NCBI GenBank assembly: GCA_043228905.1
Contig: JBHGNT010000007.1
Location: 14,818,001 to 14,882,000, forward strand
From: Azolla caroliniana
Taxonomy: Eukaryota; Plantae; Polypodiophyta
Direction: 5' to 3'
Length of the DNA stretch: 64,000 nt
Of this stretch, positions 10,996 through 20,789 are shown one piece after another. Numbering within the stretch: the first letter of the stretch is position 1; every line of letters starts with the position of its first letter. The notes below the pieces were generated by a model that worked only from the letters and a program-made list of their open reading frames with translations, had not been told where the DNA came from and ran no database searches. The position numbers were made by a program, and so were the translations under genes.

Positions 10996-13900
10996 ATGGA
11001 AGGCGGCGGCAGCGGACAGCCGGGGATGATGGTGCTGAATGCGCAGAATTACGCCGACTGGAAGATCAAGATGGAGGATCTTCTGATTGTTCGGGACCTG
11101 TACGAACCGATTGACAGGTCGGAAATACCGAAGGGGGTACTTGAGACGGAATGGAGGCTTCTGAACCGGAAAGCCGTTGCAACCATTCGGCAATACGTCG
11201 ACGTGAGCGTTCTACAACATGTGGCGAACGACACCAACGCATATGAGATGTGGCGGAAGCTGTCGGGTCTCTACGAGAGGAAGAATGCGTTGAACCGGAC
11301 CTCCCTGATGAGGAAGATAGTGAACCTCAAGTACCGCGACGGCGAGAGTATGGTGGAACACGTAAGCACGTTCATGGGATTTGTGAACCAGCTTGCGGCG
11401 ATCAAGTTCCCGTTGGAGGATGCAATGCAAGCCATCATTCTGATGTGTACACTGCCGGAAAGCTGGGAGAACTTGGTGGTGACTCTCAGCACCTCCTGCA
11501 CCGAAGATAACTTGTCTCTACAAACGGTAAAGACAAGTATTTTGAACGAAGAAGCGCGTCGGAGAGATAAAGAACCGGCCTCCGACTCGAAGGCGCTGCT
11601 TACCGAATCGGAACGGGGAAGACAATGGAACCGGAGTCCGCAAAGACGGGAGAAGTCGAGGACCCGGTCGCAGTCAAGAGGAAGACCCACATGCTTCCAC
11701 TGTGGGAAGCCGGGGCACTTCCGGAAGAATTGTCGGCATTACCGAAAAGACAACGGAGCCGACGACACCGATTCGAAGAAGTCACCGGAGAGAAACGGTG
11801 CATACCGGGGAGCCACGGACCGGAGAGGTTCGGATCGGCGAGGGCAGGACCGGAAAGGAACAACGGCACTCGCGGCAAGTGAGGAAGAAATCATGCTCAT
11901 CACCGAAGAAGGTGAACTAAACGTTGCCGGCGATGAGACGACCTGGGTGGTCGATTCCGGAGCATCGTTCCACCTGACCCCGGAGAGAAGATACTTCTCA
12001 TCCTACACAGCCGGTGAGCATGGCTGTGTTCGGATGGGGAATGAAGGTACGTGCCGGATTGCCGGCATAGGAGACGTGTGGTTGACAACCCCGACCGGAT
12101 GCAAAATGCTGCTGAAGGATGTCCGACACGTTCCGGAGGTTCGATTGAACCTGATTTCGGCCGGGAGGCTAGACGATGAAGGCTACACAGGTAGCATCCG
12201 GAACGGCGTAATGAAGTTCAGCAAGGGGAGCCTGATAGTGGCTCGGGCCCGGAAAGACAACACACTGTACCTGATGAATGCCCGGTTATGTCCGGAAGAG
12301 CTGAATGTGGCAGCCGACACTGCCGGTGAGCTGTGGCACAAAAGACTGTGCCACATGAGTGAGAAGGGGATGAAGAGGCTTGCAGAAGACAACCTTATTC
12401 CAGTGAAGCAAGTGCACCTGGAGAAGTGCACCGATTGCCTGGCCGGTAAACAGAACCGAACCTCCTTCCATTCAAGGCCACCGACGAGACGTAGCGCACC
12501 ATTGGAGTTGGTGCACACTGATGTGTGTCAGGTAGAAACGAAGTCACATGGCGGAGCCCAGTACTTCGTAACATTCGTTGATGATCACAGTCGGAAGCTG
12601 TGGACGGCACCGTTGAAGACAAAGGACCAAGTGTTGTGCGTCTTCAAAGAACTCCACGCGAGAGTGGAAAGGGAATTCGGCAAGAAGCTGAAAGCGATAC
12701 GAGCGGATAACGGAGGGGAATACCGGGGGCAGTTCCAGGAGTACTGTCGCTCGAAGGGAATCCGGCTCGAGTTTACTGTGCCGAAGACGCCGGAACTGAA
12801 CGGACTGGCCGAGAGGATGAACCGGACCATAATGGAGAGGGTCCGGAGTATGCTGGCGCATGCGAAATTACCCAAGGGGTTTTGGGCTGAGGCAATGTCG
12901 ACGGCGACATATGTGATAAATAGATCACCCTCAGTACCCTTGGACGGAGACACGCCGCAGAAAGTGTGGACCGGTAAGGAAGTGTCCTACCGGCACCTGA
13001 AGGTGTTCGGGTGTCTCGCATACGTGCATGTGGCAAAGGACCGGAGAGGAAAGCTAGATCCAAAGACCCGGGCATGCATATTCCTCGGTTACGGCGACGA
13101 TGAGTTCGGCTACCGAGTATGGGACCCGGTCGACAAGAAGATATTCAGGAGCCGAGATATCATCTTCATGGAGGACAAGACACTCGCCGACTGGGAGTCG
13201 GAGAAGAAGATGAAGAGCTCCAAGTCGACCGGTGAGGATCAACTCTACAAGGAGCAGTCCCGACCGGCAAGAGACCGGTTAGCACTCGAGGATCCGGCCG
13301 AAGACGGTGAAGAAACAGAACCGGCCGAAGAAGATGAAAATGATACCGGAACCGGCCCCGATCCCGAAATGGATTCGGATGAAGAAGAATCGGAAGAACC
13401 GGTTACCGAAGCTCCGGAACGGAGATACCCTCTAAGAGAGAGAAGGCCCCCCCGGAGATTCCCGGAACCAGAGCACGTGTTGCTAACCGACGAGGGGGAG
13501 CCGGAGAGCTTTGAAGAAGCAAAGCATGACACCCAGAGCCGCAGGTGGTTGAGTGCCATGCAGGACGAGATGGATTCCCTGCATGAGAACCACACATATG
13601 AACTTGTGGAGTTGCCGAAAGGAAAGCGGGCACTTCGAAACAAGTGGGTGTTCAAGCTGAAACCGGGAGATGCCGGAAACCCCCCGAGATACAAAGCCAG
13701 GATCGTGGTGAAGGGGTTCCAGCAGAAGAAGGGTGTGGACTTCGACGAGATATTTGCCCCGGTAGTGAAGATGACCTCCATCCGAACGGTGCTGAGCATA
13801 GCGGCAAGCATGGACCTCGAGGTAGAACAGATGGACGTGAAGACGGCATTCCTTCACGGTGACCTCGATGAAGAGATCTACATGCAGCAACCGGAAGGAT

Positions 13901-15069
13901 TCGAGAAGAAAGGGAAGGAGCACCTGGTATGCCGATTGAAGAAGAGCCTTTACGGACTGAAGCAGGCTCCCCGGCAATGGTACCGGAAGTTCGACTCCTT
14001 CATGACCGACGAAGGGTACCTCAAAACGCAGTCCGACCACTGCGTGTTTGTGAAGAAGTTCGAAGGAGGAGACTTCCTAATACTCCTCCTATACGTGGAC
14101 GACATGTTGATCGTCGGACGAGACCAGGTCAAGATACGGATGCTGAAGAAGGCTCTTCACCGAACCTTCTCAATGAAGGACTTGGGTCCGGCGAGGCAAA
14201 TACTAGGGATGCACATCATCCGGGACCGGAGCAAGAAGCAGTTGTGGCTGTCACAGGAGAAGTACGTGACGAAGGTGCTTCACCGGTTTAACATGTCGGA
14301 AGCAAGACCGGTCGGATCGACCCTCCCGGCAAACTGCAAGCTGTCCAGCAAGCAAAGTCCCAAGACAAAGGCTGAAAAGGAGGATATGATGAAAGTACCG
14401 TATGCCTCAGCCGTCGGAAGCTTGATGTACGCCATGGTGTGTACGAGACCGGACATCGGATATGCAGTCGGAGTGGTTAGCCGGTACATGAGCAATCCCG
14501 GCAAAGAGCATTGGAATGCGGCCAAGTGGATACTCCGATACCTGAAGGGCACGGCAAACGTGTGCCTCCGATTCGGCTCCGGTAAGCCCGAACTCGACGG
14601 CTTCACCGATTCGGATATGTCGGCTGATGCAGATACCAGCCGGTCCACATCAGGGTATGTGATGACGTATGCAGGGGGAGCCGTTTCGTGGCAGTCGAGG
14701 CTGCAGAAGATGGTTGCGTTGTCAACCACGGAGGCGGAGTACATGGCAGCTGTTGAAGCCGGTAAGGAAATAATATGGATGAAGGACTTCATTAGAGAGC
14801 TCGGTATCCAGCAGGAGGAGTACCGACTCTACTGTGACAGTCAGAGTGCCATCCACCTTGCGAAGAACGCGGCCTACCATTCCCGGACGAAACACATCCA
14901 GCGTAGATACCACTGGATCCGGGAAAGGATAGAAGACAAGGAGTTCGTGCTGACGAAGATCCACACGGACGAGAACGGGTCGGATATGCTGACCAAGGTG
15001 CTCACACCCGACAAGCTGGAAGCATGCCGGAAGAGGATCGGATTGGAGAGACATCCCATGCCGAAGTGA
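10996..15069 (+). CDS. gag-pol: Copia gag-pol polyprotein, copy 2 (core motifs intact)
   Basis: HKRLCH..CTDC, DDE, DVKTAFLHG, YVDD, RNase H. Confidence 0.95.
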   Translation: MEGGGSGQPGMMVLNAQNYADWKIKMEDLLIVRDLYEPIDRSEIPKGVLETEWRLLNRKAVATIRQYVDVSVLQHVANDTNAYEMWRKLSGLYERKNALNRTSLMRKIVNLKYRDGESMVEHVSTFMGFVNQLAAIKFPLEDAMQAIILMCTLPESWENLVVTLSTSCTEDNLSLQTVKTSILNEEARRRDKEPASDSKALLTESERGRQWNRSPQRREKSRTRSQSRGRPTCFHCGKPGHFRKNCRHYRKDNGADDTDSKKSPERNGAYRGATDRRGSDRRGQDRKGTTALAASEEEIMLITEEGELNVAGDETTWVVDSGASFHLTPERRYFSSYTAGEHGCVRMGNEGTCRIAGIGDVWLTTPTGCKMLLKDVRHVPEVRLNLISAGRLDDEGYTGSIRNGVMKFSKGSLIVARARKDNTLYLMNARLCPEELNVAADTAGELWHKRLCHMSEKGMKRLAEDNLIPVKQVHLEKCTDCLAGKQNRTSFHSRPPTRRSAPLELVHTDVCQVETKSHGGAQYFVTFVDDHSRKLWTAPLKTKDQVLCVFKELHARVEREFGKKLKAIRADNGGEYRGQFQEYCRSKGIRLEFTVPKTPELNGLAERMNRTIMERVRSMLAHAKLPKGFWAEAMSTATYVINRSPSVPLDGDTPQKVWTGKEVSYRHLKVFGCLAYVHVAKDRRGKLDPKTRACIFLGYGDDEFGYRVWDPVDKKIFRSRDIIFMEDKTLADWESEKKMKSSKSTGEDQLYKEQSRPARDRLALEDPAEDGEETEPAEEDENDTGTGPDPEMDSDEEESEEPVTEAPERRYPLRERRPPRRFPEPEHVLLTDEGEPESFEEAKHDTQSRRWLSAMQDEMDSLHENHTYELVELPKGKRALRNKWVFKLKPGDAGNPPRYKARIVVKGFQQKKGVDFDEIFAPVVKMTSIRTVLSIAASMDLEVEQMDVKTAFLHGDLDEEIYMQQPEGFEKKGKEHLVCRLKKSLYGLKQAPRQWYRKFDSFMTDEGYLKTQSDHCVFVKKFEGGDFLILLLYVDDMLIVGRDQVKIRMLKKALHRTFSMKDLGPARQILGMHIIRDRSKKQLWLSQEKYVTKVLHRFNMSEARPVGSTLPANCKLSSKQSPKTKAEKEDMMKVPYASAVGSLMYAMVCTRPDIGYAVGVVSRYMSNPGKEHWNAAKWILRYLKGTANVCLRFGSGKPELDGFTDSDMSADADTSRSTSGYVMTYAGGAVSWQSRLQKMVALSTTEAEYMAAVEAGKEIIWMKDFIRELGIQQEEYRLYCDSQSAIHLAKNAAYHSRTKHIQRRYHWIRERIEDKEFVLTKIHTDENGSDMLTKVLTPDKLEACRKRIGLERHPMPK

Positions 15070-15079
15070 TGGGGGAGTT

Positions 15080-15694
15080 TGTTGGGTTTACGGTCCCTTT
15101 CGGATGGGATGGTCGGATGTCGAAGATGAATACCGACAAGCCCGGTTTCGGTTTCGGAACCGGATGATGAAGACCCCGGTTTCGGAACCGGATGACGAAT
15201 GTACCCGGAGAGAGATCCGGATGCAGGAACATATCCGTGAATATGTTTGCTAAGGGCCCCCTGAGGCTATAGTTGTAAATAGCCCCAAAGTCATATATGT
15301 ATAAATATGACTTAGGGCAAACAGTTTTAAGCTTGCTAATCATTTTTCTGTTTTTCCACTCTAGAGGAGTGAAGAGAGAGAGCAGCCGCGAGAGAGAGAG
15401 AGGTATAGAGCGTGAGAGAGGAAGAGGTCGACGCCTCTGTGTATTTCCGCCGCCTGTGGCGAGGACAGCGAGCTCAAGGTCGTCGCCTTGCAGCTCGCCA
15501 TTGTATACTTCTCTGTACAGTGTTGGTTTGGAGTCTTGTACTCCCGTGGTTTTTCCCGTCTAGGGTTTTCCACGTTAATCCCTGTGTGTTCGCGTTTTGT
15601 TTCTCTTTGTGGTTCCTATTTTCTACTGCATCGATTCGCGCTTACTCGGTTGTGGCCGAGGGAAGAAGGTTAATCGAAGCGTTGATTCCCAACA
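15080..15694 (+). repeat. LTR3, diverged subfamily type
   Basis: TGTTGGG...CCCAACA; homologous to LTR1/2 but clearly different; no PBS follows. Confidence 0.9.
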
Positions 15695-16823
15695 CGATGA
15701 CTGCATGAGACTGCACCAGAAAGTTCATCAGGAGATCCCAGTCAACAATGAGTTGTCAGTTTCATTTGCTAGAGCATTTGCATATGAGTACTGCAAAACA
15801 GCGAAGGAATCTAGAGACCCTGAAATGTATAGGGTAGCTTGGGCAGTCTATGGTGAGGCATTGGTAAAAAGATGCCGAAAGATGGGGACCTTGGCACAAA
15901 AAATAGACAGATTTTGGAGCATGGCAGCTGTTGATGCAACTGCCGACTCCCAACAAGACCGGGGGCATACACCACACCGACACCCAAGGAAAGCCAATGT
16001 CGATGATACAGGTGAGACATTGGTTAGCTATATGCTAAAAAATGTCCATGAAGCCTGTGAGACATTGGCATTTTTTAAGACTGATTTAGAGAAAGCCACA
16101 ATGGCTTCTGCAATGGAGAGCAAAGTTACTTCTGCTGTTACAACAATTAGAAATAAGATTCAGGTAACTATTGTTTTGCTGGTATGTGATTGTGTTATAA
16201 ATAACGGGTAAAATGTGCTAATCAAGCATTATCTGGAATAGGTTGCGCAACAGGAGCTTGAATTAGAGGGGCCACTGGATCCCCAACGTAAAATAGAACT
16301 GCAAATAGAGATCCAGGTTCTTTCAATGAACCTGGACCTTCTAGGTGTAAATACTGTTGCAGATTACAATTTGGATAAGCTTCAAGTAAGTTAACGATTC
16401 CTGAGCAAAGTTGGTGTATCTTTCAACAACAAGAATAATTAATCGGTAAATTTCTCTGTTGCGTTGAAGGAACAATACATTCATCAAGAACAGGTAGTTA
16501 GCTGCCTTAAGAAGAAGCTACATTTTGTGGAGGGAATGGTAAGGACCAGACAGGATTTGGACCTGAACATTCTTGCTCCCTTACCAAATGAAGTAGAACC
16601 AGAAAATGATTTATTGACAGTTCAAGCACGTTGCATCGCTTGCGGGTTAGGTGTGGAGGACAAAACTGCGTCTTTGTTGGTTCACCTACAACCATGCAAC
16701 CACACATACCATCTGCTTTGTTTTCAACATGCCTGTCGAATTGCTGCATTCTGTTTGGGAGATTGCAGTACAACTCTACCAAATGAGTGGAGAAAACTAA
16801 CAGGTATACCATACTGTAGCTAA
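15695..16823 (+). CDS. Transposon cargo gene, exons 15695-16163, 16242-16385 and 16470-16803 (or to stop at 16823): helical/coiled-coil region plus RING-H2 finger
   Basis: Phase-0 GT-AG introns 16164-16241 and 16386-16469 keep one frame; CIAC..CNHTYHLLC..CLGDC. Confidence 0.75.
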
Positions 16824-18585
16824 TAAGCTTAGTCTTTTCTAATTAGCTATCCTACTAGCTAATTAGCTACTGGCAGCTAATGAGCTACTAGCTAATTAGC
16901 TATCCTAGTAGCTAATTAGCTATGGTACTAGCTAATTAGCTAGTACCATAGTTGTGTAAAAAAGCTAAATAGCTATCCTACTAGCTAATTAGCCACTGGC
17001 AACTAATTAGCTATCCTAGTAACTAATTAGCTACTGCCATAGTTGTGTAAAGTAGCTAATAAGCTATCCTAGTAGCTAATTAGCTATGGTACTAGCTAAT
17101 TAGCTAGTACCATAGTTGTGTAAAAAAGCTAATTAGCTATCCTACTAGCTAATTAGCTACTCGCAACTAATTAGCTATCCTACTAGCGAATTAGCTATCC
17201 TAGTAGCTAATTAGCTACTGGCAACTAATTAGCTATCCTACTAGCTAATTAGCTATCATAGTAGCTAATTAGCTACTGACATAGTTGTGTAAAGTAGCTA
17301 ATAAGCTATCCTAGTAGCTAATTAGCTACTGGCAGCTAATTAGCTGTCCTAGTAGCTAATAAGCTATCCTAGCTACTACATAGTTGAGAAAGTAGCTAAT
17401 TAGCTTTCATTGTAGCTAATTAGCTATCCTAGCTACCACCATAGTTAGTAAAGTAGCTAATTAGCTATCCTAGCTACTACCATAGTTGTGTAAAGTAGCT
17501 AATTAGCTATCCTAGTAGCTAATTAGCTATCCTAATTAGCTATGGTACTAGCTAATTAGCTAGTACCATAGTTGTGTAAAAAAGCTAAATAGCTATCCTA
17601 CTAGCTAATTAGCCACTGGCAACTAATTAGCTATCCTAGTAACTAATTAGCTACTGCCATAGTTGTGTAAAGTAGCTAATAAGCTATCCTAGTAGCTAAT
17701 TAGCTACTAGCAGCTAATTAGCTATCCTAGTAGCTAATTAGCTATCCTACTAGCTAATTAGCTAGTACCATAGTTGTGTAAAAAAGCTAATTAGCTATCC
17801 TACTAGCTAATTAGCTACTGGCAACTAATTAGCTATCCTAGTAGCTAATTAGTTATCCTACTAGCTAATTAGCTGCTGGCAACTAATTAGCTATCCTACT
17901 AGCGAATTAGCTATCCTAGTAGCTAATTAGCTACTGGCAACTAATTAGCTATCCTACTAGCTAATTAGCTATCATAGTAGCTAATTAGCTACTGCCATAG
18001 TTGTGTAAAGTAGCTAATAAGTTGTCCTAGTAGCTAATTAGCTACTGGCAGCTAATTAGCTATCCTAGTAGCTAATTAGCTGTCCTAGTAGCTAATAAGC
18101 TATCCTAGCTACTACATAGTTGAGAAAGTAGCTAATTAGCTTTCATTGTAGCTAATTAGCTATCCTAGCTACTACCATAGTTAGTAAAGTAGCTAATTAG
18201 CTATCCTAGCTACTACCATAGTTAGTAAAGTAGCTAATTAGCTATCCTAGCTACTACCATAGTTAGTAAAGTAGCTAATTAGCTATCCTCGCTACTACCA
18301 TAGTTCGTAAAGTAGCTAATTAGCTATCCTAGCTACTCCCATAGTTAGTAAAGTAGCTAATTAGCTATCCTAGCTACTACCATAGTTGAGTAAAGTAGCT
18401 AATTAGCTATCCTAGCTACTACCATAGTTGAGTAAAGTAGCTAATTAGCTATCCTAACTACTACCATAGTTGAGTAAAGTACCTAATTAGCTATCATACT
18501 AGCTAATTAGCTATCGTACTAGCTAATTAGCTATCCTAGCTTCTACCCCAGTTTAGTAAAGTAGTTAATTAGCTATCCTAAATAA
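16815..18585. repeat. Satellite of palindromic TAGCTAATTAGCTA units (array 1, with higher-order duplications)
   Basis: Dozens of AGCTAATTAGCT cores; block ~16915-17085 recurs at ~17535-17705. Confidence 0.95.
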
Positions 18586-18602
18586 CTGTCATGTTATTGT
18601 AG

Positions 18603-19138
18603 AATCTTGTGGATTAAGGACGGCACATGATGTGTCTGGTGCTGATGATGCTGCAACAGATGAGGATACTACTGCCAATGTGGCTGAAAGTAAGAGTCCT
18701 GCTATCACATCTCCTTCAGATCAGCTGCACCCTATTCTTTTGGAACAGTGTATTGAATTAGGCAACGATGTGAAATGCCATGAAATAGTGGAAACAACAT
18801 GTAAAACTGAGGTTCACAACAACAGTGTTTATGAACACTTGATGCAACATTTCTTCGAGTCTCAAGACCTTGATTCCACCCCACCGAGCCCAACTACTGA
18901 AAATGTCCAAACAGATCCCTCTGTACTTGAAAAGCTAGTTCAAGAAACGGCTGATGTGCAATTAGCTGCTGAGGCGATGGGAAGGTTGTCGGAGGAGGAC
19001 ACACTTGCGCATTGGGTGAAAGAAGCAAGGCTAAATGGGGAACCAACCAGAAAAAGGCTGAAGAAGGGGCCACGATCGGGAACAAGACCAGTTACTCGGT
19101 CAAGGGGCCCAGACGTAGTGGAGCGAAATACTGTTTAG
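18603..19138 (+). CDS. Cargo exon/ORF, acidic region with basic NLS-like C-terminus (RKRLKK)
   Basis: Acceptor TGTAG at 18602 is phase-compatible with the donor at 16804; open to 19138; internal donor GTAAG at 18690. Confidence 0.5.
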
Positions 19139-19387
19139 TTGGATATGATTGTTAGCTTAGGGATTTTGCTAGGGTTTTATGAAGTTTTACTATCCTGTTG
19201 GACAAGTAAAACCTCAGATTGGTTGTTGCTTGATCCACATTATGTAATGGAACTCTATGATGTTTTTCCAAGATAATTTGAAGAGTGTTGTTCTATGACT
19301 GAAACTCTTTGATGTTCAGGATATTGTTTTGTGAGACTATTAGTTACTTTGTGAGTGTGAATATGTTGGTGTTTTCTGATGTTGCAG

Positions 19388-20442
19388 AGTCTAAAGGGTT
19401 TGATTCTATTGCTCGTAAGGCCAATGGCAGTGTGGATACTGTTGATGTTGCGGCATGTTTAAAGGGCCCCATCTTGAAAGTAGATGTAGCAACTGACACA
19501 AGTGATCTGGTCACACAAGTTGATCAAGCATGTAGCATGGATGACTTGGTGTTGCAAGTAGATGCAACATGTAGCACGGATGACTTGGTGTTGCAGGTAG
19601 ATGCAGCATGTAGCACGGATGACTTGGTGTTGCAGGTAGATGCAACATGTGATACCAGTGGACTGATATCGAGTAGATCAGTAGCTACATGCACTGAGGT
19701 AATCCAAGGATTGATAACTAAGTCGACAAAACAAGAGCACCAGAATGTGAAGCTAGGCCCAACACAGTCGACTAGGGGTTTAAAGAGGAAAAGGACACCA
19801 GTTGTGTCAGCCGAACCTGAGCTGATTGAGATTGATCGTATCCTACCAGAAAATGGTGTAACAGCGGCTCAGTTTCAGGAATGGAAACCTAAACCACTAG
19901 AAGTCGAAAGAAGAGCCTTGATCTTGGAGCTTGATAAAGTCTTGATGAGTGTGAGATATATGCAGCCAAGGAGGGACGCAAATAAGTTTCTAGAGTGGGC
20001 TGTGGAATACTTTGATTTGTTTATTTGGAGTGAAAAACCAAAATCAGATGTGTGGAAGTGTTTGGCAAGATTCTTCCCAAAATGGCGAAGTCGTTTTAAA
20101 GGTCAATGGGCACGAGAAAATTGTGAGCAAATGGAAGCTGCAAGATTCAAGAGACTTTCTGATTTTTGGGCTACTTGGCCTGAATATAATGCCGACAATA
20201 CATTGATTTTGGATACAGAACATTTCCGACACTACTTCAATATTCGGAGATGCTGTCTCATTCTACCCGAGGAAATGCCTGAACAGTACCTGGTGCAAAT
20301 AGTGAGCTGCCAACTAGGTGCATGGTTGTGGACTCCATACCGAGCTCAATATGCGGATAATATATGTAGACTCGTTCCACTGACTAGCAAGAGCTTAGCT
20401 GTTTATAGGAGATTTGTAGACATTTCCAATGGTAATTTATAA
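19388..20442 (+). CDS. Cargo exon: 13-aa repeats plus degenerate FCP1/SCP-like (NIF, HAD) phosphatase-fold domain
   Basis: RALILELDKVL (cf. LVLDLDxTL), FLEWAVEYFDLFIWS, KRLSDFW, NTLILD; acceptor TGCAG at 19387; DDLVLQVDAxCST repeats at about 19510-19650. Confidence 0.65.
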
Positions 20443-20789
20443 ATATGTAAAGAGATGGCATTATTCAATGAAGAATTTAATTACTTGTTCCCACTGTACT
20501 TATCTACTGTGTAATTTGAGGAATATGTTGCAGATTGTTGATTTCATGCTATTGATGACTATTTAGCTATTGACAGCTAATTAGCTGCATTTGTACAACT
20601 AATTAGCTACTGATGACTATTTCGCTATAACTTATAACTTAAAACTTAACAAAAAAGACATGATTTTATTGAGAAAGAAGCACAGAAAGTAGACTGTATA
20701 CAAGAAATTGATTCCAAACGAATTTATTTAACTGTTTTCGCGAAATACATGTTTGTTTTACAAGAGAACATGGTAAGTGCTACTTGTAG

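Larger units (their letters stand above)
5501..15694 (+). mobile_element. Tandem Copia, LTR-int-LTR-int-LTR (Tnt1-like)
   Basis: LTRs 5501-6175, 10290-10965, 15080-15694; PBS-Met 6179-6190 and 10969-10980; PPTs before LTR2 and LTR3; unit period about 4790 bp. Confidence 0.95.

Noticed and set aside
15597-15694. Start of the 204-aa ORF
   Set aside because: The first ~33 codons are LTR3 sequence fortuitously in frame with the cargo exon
15695-20442. Ordinary host gene
   Set aside because: Lies inside TIR/TSD-bounded DNA that is itself inserted in a Copia pol
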